Positions 38,345-46,026 of a stretch of DNA of 53,872 nucleotides are shown here, piece after piece. The notes under the pieces were generated by a model, which made no database searches, was not told the origin of the DNA, and saw only the letters and a program-made list of their open reading frames with translations. This stretch comes from an uncultured Rickettsiales bacterium. Its GTDB lineage: Bacteria; Pseudomonadota; Alphaproteobacteria; Rickettsiales; SXRF01. How positions within the stretch are numbered: the stretch's first letter is position 1; each line of letters begins with the position of its first letter. Made by a program: the position numbers and the translations under genes. The stretch spans positions 1 to 53,872 of the forward strand of contig CAZAQK010000002.1 of NCBI GenBank assembly GCA_964487265.1. The letters are read 5' to 3'.

Positions 38345-38491
38345 CAAGCTTCCTGCATAACTCTACTTTTGCTTCAAATCTGCTTGCGATGAAGCCTCCC
38401 TCGAAAACGTCATGTATGCATTTATACACTCGTTTTCTTGGACTCCATCGCTGCGCGCTTTTTTGCCAAAGCGAGCTATGCAGGAAGCTTG
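38345..38491. repeat. 147-bp imperfect palindrome immediately upstream of pntAA
   Basis: Perfect 15-bp outer arms: CAAGCTTCCTGCATA (38345-38359) and TATGCAGGAAGCTTG (38477-38491). Inner arms are partly complementary (CGATGAAG..GAAAACG / CGTTTTC..CTCCATCG). Confidence 0.75.
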
Positions 38492-38567
38492 ATAATTAGG
38501 GAATCAGGTGTAACGGATTTTATAAGCGGTGCAAAGAAGAAATAATAGATGCGCTGGTTGAGTGCGG

Positions 38568-39140
38568 TTAACCCAGCTCGAGGCCCATGCTCTGGCCGGT
38601 GCCAACTACAGGTGGCGAGAAATTACCAAGGTCGGCGCGAGAGACGGGAATAAAATCATAATCAGGGAAATTAGAAGGGCTGACCATGCTGCCTAAACTC
38701 GCAGTGTTATAATCAGCAAAGCCACCGCCGCCAAAGTCACCGCCGCTTGCGAAATCACCACCGCCGCTGTTGCCGCCAGAACCGCTGGCGTCACCGCCGA
38801 CACCTGCGGTGTGATCCGTGATCTCACGGTTTTTGACAAAGATTGAGTGTAGCAGCTTTGCAAGGAACCCTCCCTGCATATCAGGCAGGAAGCTTGGCAT
38901 GATCATTTTGCCGGTTATGCCTTCGGATTCTCCGCCAATCGCTTTTTGCAGGCCAACTTCGCCGACATTGTTTAGATTGAGAGGAACACCGGTGATTTTG
39001 GCCGCAGTATAGGTTTGTTTGCCGGAGTTATCGAATATGGCGTCTATGGTGCTTTTTTCGTTCGTGCCATCGGAAGCATTGTCCTGCTTGCCGCGGCCAA
39101 AGCCCATATTATTGAGTTGCTGAAAAATATTATCCGACAT
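38568..39140 (-). CDS. Hypothetical Gly/Asp-rich protein (190 aa)
   Basis: Long ORF with no competing gene. Low-complexity GGDASGSGGNSGGGDFASGGDFGGGGF block. No signal peptide or known motif recognised. Confidence 0.55.
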   Translation of the reverse strand: MSDNIFQQLNNMGFGRGKQDNASDGTNEKSTIDAIFDNSGKQTYTAAKITGVPLNLNNVGEVGLQKAIGGESEGITGKMIMPSFLPDMQGGFLAKLLHSIFVKNREITDHTAGVGGDASGSGGNSGGGDFASGGDFGGGGFADYNTASLGSMVSPSNFPDYDFIPVSRADLGNFSPPVVGTGQSMGLELG

Positions 39141-39237
39141 AGGGATAGTATAATGATTAAGCAGCTAAAGTTAAATGATATTATTATGACATTTTGAGCG
39201 AAAGGGCAGGGTTCAAGCGATAATGCCTTATTAGTAT

Positions 39238-39353
39238 TGTCATCCCCGCTTTATGCGGGGATCTAGGGCTGCATATACAAACGTAATGAGATCCCGGATA
39301 TCTAACCTCGTCTCCAAAGCAAAGCTTTGGACTCGGTTGATTCCGGGATGACG
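39238..39353. repeat. Family B element, copy 5, expanded (116 bp)
   Basis: TGTCA-TCCCCGC TTTAT GCGGGGA-TC ... ATCCCGGA [45-nt insert with hairpin TCCAAAGC AAA GCTTTGGA] TCCGGGAT-GACG. Confidence 0.75.
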
Positions 39354-39387
39354 GGAGCCTAAGCGGCAAAGCCGCTAAGGCTTACCG

Positions 39388-39780
39388 TCAATTTGGGCGT
39401 TTAAGCTGCTCTGGGCTATCCAGTGAAAAGGCCGGGATGATGACGTCGAACGATTCACCTTCCTGATTAATCATTTTATAAGTGCCTTTCATGATGCCCG
39501 AAGGGGTGGTCAGGCTGACCCCGCTGGTATATTGATAGACATCACCCGATTCGAGCACCGGCTGTTCGCCCACGACACCATCGCCGCGGACTTCCTGCAG
39601 GGCACCATTAGCATCGGTGATGTGCCAGTAACGGCTGATGAGCTGCACGGTTTCCGGCCCCATATTTTCGAGCTGAATGGTATAGGCCCAGACGTAATGA
39701 TGCTCATCGGGTGACGATTGATCTCCCAGGAAGGTTGGTGTTACCAGTATTTTGACAAGGCGCGTGGTCTGAATATACAT
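39388..39780 (-). CDS. apaG: ApaG (DUF525) protein
   Basis: HHYVWAYTIQLENMGPETVQLISRYWHITDANG...GDGVVGEQPVL..G..YQYTSG matches ApaG. Start at the Met giving 130 aa. The track ORF extends into folE. Confidence 0.88.
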   Translation of the reverse strand: MYIQTTRLVKILVTPTFLGDQSSPDEHHYVWAYTIQLENMGPETVQLISRYWHITDANGALQEVRGDGVVGEQPVLESGDVYQYTSGVSLTTPSGIMKGTYKMINQEGESFDVIIPAFSLDSPEQLKRPN

Positions 39781-39785
39781 CGCTG

Positions 39786-40391
39786 CTAACGGGCTGAGTG
39801 GCTGCCGCCGCCAGATTTCAGGAGGCTGAAGAATTCCTGGCGCGTGCGCGGGTCGCTGCGGAAAAGGCCGGTCAGGTGACTGGTCTGCATGACTGTGCCG
39901 GTTTTCTGGACGCCGCGCATGGTCATGCACATATGGGTGGCTTCCACGACAACGGCGACCCCTTTTGGCTTAATAAGCTCACTCAGTGTATTGGCAATCT
40001 GCGCGGTGAATTTTTCCTGAATTTGCAGGCGTTTTGCATAGACATCCACTAAACGGGCAAGTTTGCTGAGGCCGAGCACTTTTTTATCCGGAATGTAGGC
40101 AATGTGCACGCGGCCGGTGAACGGCACCATATGGTGTTCGCAATGTGAACTGAAATCAATATCGCGCAGTACGATCATTTCATCGTAGCCTTCGACTTCC
40201 TTAAATGTGCGCTGCAGTATCTCTGCCGGATCCTGTTCATAGCCGCTGAAAAATTCGGCAAATGATTTGGTGACACGCTTGGGCGTATCCTTCAGGCCTT
40301 CACGCGCAGGGTCATCCCCCGCCCAGCGTATCAGGGTGCGCACCGCTTCTTCGGCTTCTGCATGAGTAGGCTTTGAAATTTTTTTTGTCAT
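39786..40391 (-). CDS. folE: GTP cyclohydrolase I (FolE type 1)
   Basis: [56 protein letters not shown]. Start is ATG 40391, or possibly GTG 40418. Confidence 0.92.
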   Translation of the reverse strand: MTKKISKPTHAEAEEAVRTLIRWAGDDPAREGLKDTPKRVTKSFAEFFSGYEQDPAEILQRTFKEVEGYDEMIVLRDIDFSSHCEHHMVPFTGRVHIAYIPDKKVLGLSKLARLVDVYAKRLQIQEKFTAQIANTLSELIKPKGVAVVVEATHMCMTMRGVQKTGTVMQTSHLTGLFRSDPRTRQEFFSLLKSGGGSHSAR

Positions 40392-40469
40392 AAAATGCTG
40401 GTAATTTATCCGGGCCACACACTATATAAGTAAGGCTAGTGCTGTTGCAACCCCATATGTACGGAAAAT

Positions 40470-41522
40470 ATGCTCAGGCAATCCATACCATTCGTTGATC
40501 TGCGCGGAAAAACACCGGTTGACCTGCTCCGCAGCTACCCTGACAAGGCCCGTAACCTTATCGCCGCCGTCCGGCAGATGTATGGCACTGCCTCTTATGT
40601 ATCCAGCATGGTCGCGCTGCCGTTTGGGGATATACGCTCAAAAAGGATATTGAAACGTAATTTGAACCCCTACCTGCATGAAATTGAAACCATGGCGGAT
40701 ATTGTGGGGGTACCCGGTATTTATGCTCTCAATATATGTTATGAATGGGGCTGCACTTCTGGTGTGTATCGGAGCAGTGAAGGTGTGGCAATGCTTCGGG
40801 TGCTCGACTGGCCGTTTCCCAAACTTGGTGAGCATGCCATGGTGGTGTATCAGGAAGGTGCAGCGGGTGGCTTTTATAATGTGACATGGCCGGGCATGGC
40901 GGGTGTATTCAATGCCATGGCACCCGGGCGGTTCTCCGCCGCTATCAACCAGGCACCGATGCGTAAACATAACCTGACCTATGTGGGCGACTGGCTGAAG
41001 AACAGAGTAGTTGCAGGGCAGGGGCTTGGTATGCCGCCTTCACATTTACTGCGGGCGGTATTTGAAAATGCCACGAGTTATGATGAAGCGAAATCCATGC
41101 TGATAAAAACACCCATCGCCGTGCCGGCAATTTTTACACTGGCCGGTACTGAACTGGGGCAGGGCTGTGTTATCGAACGTCTTGAGACAGCCGCTGAAGT
41201 GATGGAAATATCCGCCGGGCTTAACCTGTGCACGACTAACCATTTCAACAGCACGTTTGCCGGTTTTGGTATTGGCTGGCGGCCACGTGAGATCGACAGT
41301 GCCGGCCGTTACCGGCAGGCGATTACCTTCGGTGGGCATGACCTTGAACAACCGGACTTTGCCTGGCTGCAGGCTCCCATCATCAATGTGAATACCCGCC
41401 TTGCCATGGTGCTGGATGCTGCATCCGGTCGCTTGATGGTGCAGGGATATGAAGGGCCTGTTGCCGTGACTAACCTGTTCAACCTGCCGATGTATGAGTA
41501 TGTCTCTGAACAAACCAGCTAA
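40470..41522 (+). CDS. Acid ceramidase / N-acylethanolamine acid amidase-like Ntn hydrolase (peptidase C89-like)
   Basis: Putative nucleophile in YEWG|CTSGV (Cys95). WPGMAGVFNAMAPGRFSAAINQA and LLRAVFENATSYDEAKSMLIKTPIAVPAIFTLAGTELGQGCVIER parallel human ASAH1 [23 protein letters not shown] and [45 protein letters not shown]. Confidence 0.75.
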   Translation: MLRQSIPFVDLRGKTPVDLLRSYPDKARNLIAAVRQMYGTASYVSSMVALPFGDIRSKRILKRNLNPYLHEIETMADIVGVPGIYALNICYEWGCTSGVYRSSEGVAMLRVLDWPFPKLGEHAMVVYQEGAAGGFYNVTWPGMAGVFNAMAPGRFSAAINQAPMRKHNLTYVGDWLKNRVVAGQGLGMPPSHLLRAVFENATSYDEAKSMLIKTPIAVPAIFTLAGTELGQGCVIERLETAAEVMEISAGLNLCTTNHFNSTFAGFGIGWRPREIDSAGRYRQAITFGGHDLEQPDFAWLQAPIINVNTRLAMVLDAASGRLMVQGYEGPVAVTNLFNLPMYEYVSEQTS

Positions 41523-41859
41523 TGAAATGACTCGGCTGATCAAAGCATTCGGCTATTCCATGCAGGGCCTGAGGGCAGCTATGCAGCAGGCACCTTTCAA
41601 AGCGGAACTGGTTGCTGCTGCTATCATGATACCGCTGGGGATTGCGCTGGGAGAAACGGGTGTGGAGCGCGCGTTGCTGCTGGGCAGTGTGTTGCTTGTG
41701 CCCATCATTGAGCTGCTCAACTCGGCTGTTGAAGCTACTATTGACCGCATATCGCTGGAACGGCATGAGCTTTCAGGTCGTGCCAAGGATCTGGGCAGTG
41801 CGGCTGTGCTTGTTGGCATTATCAATGCCGGGGTCATCTGGCTTGCGGTACTGTGGTAG
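41494..41859 (+). CDS. dgkA: Diacylglycerol kinase (prokaryotic DgkA)
   Basis: TRLIKAFGYSMQGLRAA, ELLNSAVEATIDR, SGRAKDLGSAAV. Three TM segments. Overlaps the upstream CDS by 29 nt. An alternative ATG lies at 41527. Confidence 0.88.
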   Translation: MSMSLNKPANEMTRLIKAFGYSMQGLRAAMQQAPFKAELVAAAIMIPLGIALGETGVERALLLGSVLLVPIIELLNSAVEATIDRISLERHELSGRAKDLGSAAVLVGIINAGVIWLAVLW

Positions 41860-41862
41860 CGC

Positions 41863-43164
41863 ATGGAACTGGATGCGCTCGACCTCGACCTGAAGCATCT
41901 TAAATACGGGCTCTTTGCCAAACGCCGGTTCCTGCCGATTTTCCTGGCGACATTCCTTGGTGCATTCAACGATAATCTCCTGCGCTCAGGGCTGGTGGTG
42001 CTGATTGCCTATTCGGCCAGCAAAGGGATCACGCTGCCTGCAACACCGGAAGTATTCGTGACACTGTGCTCGGTGATGCTGGTGCTGCCGATTCTTTTAT
42101 TTTCATCCATAGCCGGCCCGGTCGCCGATAAATATGAAAAATCCCGCCTGGTGCTGCTTACTAAAATTGCTGAAATACTCATTATGTTTTGTGTGTTTTA
42201 TGGATTTGCCGTGCAGAATATTTACCTGCTGATGGCGATGCTATTCGTCAGCGGCACGCACACAACGTTCTACAGCCCCATCAAATTCAGTATTTTACCA
42301 GATCATTTGAGCAGCAAAGAATTGCTGGCGGCGAATGGATTCATGGCGGCGGGCAGTTACCTTGCTATTCTGGGCGGGCTGATCGCCGGTGGGCTGCTGG
42401 TGGAAATGGAAGGCAATATCATTGGGGGTGTTGCCATTATTATTGCAGGGATTGGCCTGCTGGCCAGCCTGTTTATTCCGCCCTCACGCATTGCCCATCC
42501 TGAAATACATGTGAGCCTGAATATCTGGAAAGGATCACGCGATATCATCCGCAATGCTACGTATGACATGAAAAACTTCCGCGCCATATTGGGGCTTTCA
42601 TGGTTCTTGCTGGTGGGTTCGGTCTATATGTCGCAATTTGCCAATTATGCGCAGGCGGTGGTGCAGGCAAACAACGAGGTGTATATACTTTTTCTGGTCG
42701 TATTCTCCATTGGTATCGCCGTTGGTTCAATTGTGTGTGACGATCTGCTGAAAGGCCAGATATCTACACGGCTGACACCATATATGACGCTGGGAACAGC
42801 GATATTTACATTCCTGATGGTGCTGACTACACCGTCTCCTGTGCATGAAGGGTTGATGGGATTTAGTGAATTCATCCATACATCAGCGCACTGGCCGATG
42901 CTGGCCTGCATGCTAATGGTGGCGGTGTGCGGCGGTATCTATATCGTGCCGCTTTATGCTTTCCTGCAATCGCAGGCACATGCGCAGTTTCGCTCGCGTA
43001 TCATGGCGGCGAGCAACCTGTGTGATTCAGTATTTATGACCGTTGCCGCACTTGCATCCGCAATACTTTTAATGTTAGGGTTCACTATCGTTGACCTGTT
43101 CATGATATTGGCAACTCTTAACCTCGTGGTAGTCTGTTATGCTTGGAAATTCACACGTGAATAA
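41863..43164 (+). CDS. lplT: MFS lysophospholipid transporter LplT
   Basis: FLGAFNDNLLR and FYSPIKFSILPDHLSSKELLAANGFMAAGSYLAILGG parallel E. coli LplT FLSAFGDNALL and [29 protein letters not shown]. Confidence 0.8.
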   Translation: MELDALDLDLKHLKYGLFAKRRFLPIFLATFLGAFNDNLLRSGLVVLIAYSASKGITLPATPEVFVTLCSVMLVLPILLFSSIAGPVADKYEKSRLVLLTKIAEILIMFCVFYGFAVQNIYLLMAMLFVSGTHTTFYSPIKFSILPDHLSSKELLAANGFMAAGSYLAILGGLIAGGLLVEMEGNIIGGVAIIIAGIGLLASLFIPPSRIAHPEIHVSLNIWKGSRDIIRNATYDMKNFRAILGLSWFLLVGSVYMSQFANYAQAVVQANNEVYILFLVVFSIGIAVGSIVCDDLLKGQISTRLTPYMTLGTAIFTFLMVLTTPSPVHEGLMGFSEFIHTSAHWPMLACMLMVAVCGGIYIVPLYAFLQSQAHAQFRSRIMAASNLCDSVFMTVAALASAILLMLGFTIVDLFMILATLNLVVVCYAWKFTRE

Positions 43165-44725
43165 ACAATTTAATGCTGCGGATTATACAAAGCCATTGCT
43201 GGCAGCATTGCTGAGAGCAAGAGATGCGTATGGCAAAGATACGGTCGTGGGCGGTGATGTTACATCTGAAACTCTGACTTACCAGAGCCTGCTGCTGCGC
43301 GCTTTCGTGCTGAAAAGAAAGCTGCCGGCAGTGCTGGGTGATACGAAATTCGTTGGCGTGCTGCTGCCTAATACGCTGGCAGTGGTGGTGACCTTTATCA
43401 GCCTGCACATGCTGAAGCGTGTGCCCTGCATGATCAATTATTCGGCGGGTGAAGCCAGCATATTGCATGCCTGCCGCATTGCCGGATTGCAGACAATGCT
43501 GACCTCCAGAAAATTTATAGAGAAAGCAAAGCTTGAATTTCTGGTGAAAGCACTGCAGAAGCAGGTGAATATTGTGTATCTGGAAGATATACGTGAAACC
43601 ATCACGTGGAAGGATAAAGCATCTGGCGTGATAGATGCCATGCTGCCAAAAATGGCACTGCGCGAAGTGTTGGAAACCACAAGCCCTGATGATCCGGCGG
43701 TGGTGCTCTATACATCCGGCTCTGAGGGCGTGCCGAAGGGAGTTGCGCTTTCCCATACCAATTTACTCAGCAATATTGCGCAGGCCTGTGCTCGGCTGGA
43801 CCTGTCGCCGCCTCATATTATTTTCAATGCGCTGCCGGTGTTTCACTCGTTCGGGCTAACGGTTGGCACCATCATGCCGCTGGTGTGCGGCCTTAAAACG
43901 TATTTTTACCCAAGCCCTGTGCAGTATAAACAGATCCCCGAGGAAGTGCAGAAATCCGAGGCAACGATCATGCTTGGCACCGATACATTCTTCCAGGGCT
44001 ATGCACGCTACGGTGAGAAACACCATTTCGCACGCATCCGGCTGGCTGTTGCCGGTGCCGAGAAGCTGCGTGATTCCACACGCAAGGCATGGACCCAGCA
44101 ATTTGGCGTCGATATATTGCAGGGCTACGGCGTGACTGAGGCAAGCCCGGTCATTTCCGTGAATACGCCTGCTGAGCATAAACCCGGCACGGTGGGCAAA
44201 CTGTTTCCGGCGATGGAATATAAACTCGAAGCCGTTGAAGGGTTGGAGAAGGGCGCAAAGCTGGTTGTGAAAGGCCCGAATGTGATGCTGGGGTATCTCA
44301 AGGCGGATAAACCCGGAGAAGTGCAATCACAGGGTGCATGGTATGACACGGGTGATATTGTGGATGTGGATGATGAAGGTTATATCAGCATACTTGGCCG
44401 TGCTAAACGCTTCGCCAAGATCGCTGGTGAAATGATTTCACTGGCCGTGGTGGAAGAGCTGGCGTTTGATATTGACCCGGAAAAAGGCCATGCCGCCATT
44501 ACTCTGCCTGATGAAAAACGTGGTGAGCAGATCGTGATGTATACGGAATCACCGGAGATCACGAAAGAGAAATTGCTGGCGCGTGCGCAGCAGAAAGGCG
44601 TTCCGGAAATATGCCTGCCACGCCAGATACAGCGCATCGACCTGATACCAAGGCTTGGCAGCGGCAAGATCGATTATATTTCGCTCAAGAACAGCATGGC
44701 GCGTAACCAGACCGAAGTGGCCTAG
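43139..44725 (+). CDS. aas: Acyl-[ACP] synthetase / AMP-binding enzyme (Aas C-terminal-domain-like; no acyltransferase domain)
   Basis: AMP-binding motif VLYTSGSEGVPKGV, QGYGVTE, WYDTGDIVDVDDEGYISILGRAKRFAKIAGEMIS. Overlaps the lplT end. Start is 43139, or GTG 43157. Confidence 0.8.
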   Translation: MLGNSHVNKQFNAADYTKPLLAALLRARDAYGKDTVVGGDVTSETLTYQSLLLRAFVLKRKLPAVLGDTKFVGVLLPNTLAVVVTFISLHMLKRVPCMINYSAGEASILHACRIAGLQTMLTSRKFIEKAKLEFLVKALQKQVNIVYLEDIRETITWKDKASGVIDAMLPKMALREVLETTSPDDPAVVLYTSGSEGVPKGVALSHTNLLSNIAQACARLDLSPPHIIFNALPVFHSFGLTVGTIMPLVCGLKTYFYPSPVQYKQIPEEVQKSEATIMLGTDTFFQGYARYGEKHHFARIRLAVAGAEKLRDSTRKAWTQQFGVDILQGYGVTEASPVISVNTPAEHKPGTVGKLFPAMEYKLEAVEGLEKGAKLVVKGPNVMLGYLKADKPGEVQSQGAWYDTGDIVDVDDEGYISILGRAKRFAKIAGEMISLAVVEELAFDIDPEKGHAAITLPDEKRGEQIVMYTESPEITKEKLLARAQQKGVPEICLPRQIQRIDLIPRLGSGKIDYISLKNSMARNQTEVA

Positions 44726-45942
44726 CCGCCAAACAAGCCGTCGCGCTGTTTTTTCTTACGGGTGGCGGGTGGTGTGTCTAAGTGGATAACGCTTTCCACA
44801 TTCCAGTATTTGGCAACTTCGCCACAACGCGTATTCATGTCAGATATTTTACCGACACCATTCTGGAACCGGTAGGTTTTAGATGGCATACGCGCGAGTG
44901 GGTTGAAAGCGCGCTTCTTTGAGCGGTCCACGATTTTATCGACATAGGCTTGATCCAGCTCATATTCTTTTATCAGTGATTCTGACAGCTCGGTGATCTT
45001 CGCGTAGTGACCATCGATAGCATCGGTTAAGGCTGCATCGCGTATCTCCGTGGTCTGGTTCATGCTTTTACAGAATGACCAATATTGGAATGCACAGGTA
45101 TTGAAGGCGAGATCCCTGAGGGATTCCGAGAAAACAGGCAGGTTTCTTTTCTCAAGTATCAGTGCGCGTTTTCTTTCCTCAATATTCTGGAGGTTGGCCA
45201 GTGCCTGCTGGTATTCCGCTTCACGTGCAGCGTTTTCTGCAATTGCCTGTTGGTGCTGATATTCCTGATCATCCAGCTCTTCATCTTCACGTGCGCGCTT
45301 TTCTGCTTCATAACGCTCAACAATTTTACGCTCTGCGTTATAGCGTTCCTGCAATTGCTGGTTATATTCCACATATTGTTGCTTGATCTTGTCGGCCTGC
45401 GCTTTAACAAAACCATCCATTTCGCCAAGTAATTCCGCATGGCCTTCCTTATGGGCGATGTTGCGTGCGATATCGCCATTATTATCGACCTGATAATAGT
45501 TGATGCCGCTTTCCAGCAGCAGCATGACGGCATCTTTGTTACCAACGCGGGCGGCATGGAACAGGGCGGTCTGCCCTTCACTGTCGCGCCCATTCATATC
45601 AGCACCCGAGGCAAGCAATGTTTTCATTACGTTGATGCCTTCAGCGTCTTTACGCACGGCGGCCAGCGCAAGCAGCGGGATGCCTTCATCATTAGTGAAA
45701 TTGGGTGATGCCCCGCCGTCAATGAGTAATTTTACATCATCGGCGCGGCCAAGATGCACGCGGTAGAGAATTTCTTTCTGCTGCTCTTTCGTCATGCTGG
45801 TGTTTATTGCGGCCTGCGGCTGGCTGGCGGTGGTGGCCTGCTGTTCTTCGGTTTCTTCGGTTTCAGAAGGTATATCTATCTGTGCAAGGGCAGTGGTGGC
45901 AGACAGCAAAACCAGCAATGCAGACAGTGTTATTTTATTCAT
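44722..45942 (-). CDS. Secreted ankyrin-repeat protein with a coiled-coil and a C-terminal domain of unknown function
   Basis: Signal peptide MNKITLSALLVLLSATTALAQ (AGGAG SD upstream). About 4 ANK repeats (LIDGGASPNFTNDEGIPLLALAA; LLASGADMNGRDSEGQTALFHAARVGNKDAVMLLLESG). A Glu/Gln-rich coiled coil follows. Confidence 0.8.
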   Translation of the reverse strand: MNKITLSALLVLLSATTALAQIDIPSETEETEEQQATTASQPQAAINTSMTKEQQKEILYRVHLGRADDVKLLIDGGASPNFTNDEGIPLLALAAVRKDAEGINVMKTLLASGADMNGRDSEGQTALFHAARVGNKDAVMLLLESGINYYQVDNNGDIARNIAHKEGHAELLGEMDGFVKAQADKIKQQYVEYNQQLQERYNAERKIVERYEAEKRAREDEELDDQEYQHQQAIAENAAREAEYQQALANLQNIEERKRALILEKRNLPVFSESLRDLAFNTCAFQYWSFCKSMNQTTEIRDAALTDAIDGHYAKITELSESLIKEYELDQAYVDKIVDRSKKRAFNPLARMPSKTYRFQNGVGKISDMNTRCGEVAKYWNVESVIHLDTPPATRKKKQRDGLFGG

Positions 45943-46026
45943 ACTATTCAAATGTCTCCTTGACAGCGGGAAATGGCGTACCATATCCATATTATCCGTG
46001 CAGAGTATAACATAAACAGGTGAATT

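Noticed and set aside
39205-39225. tRNA T-loop-like GGTTCAAGCG.
   Set aside because: There is no complementary T-stem, acceptor stem or anticodon arm around it. I found no tRNA cloverleaf anywhere in the window.
14590-39353. The repeated hairpin elements might be a CRISPR array.
   Set aside because: The copies are kilobases apart, differ in sequence, are not separated by uniform spacers, and no cas genes are present.
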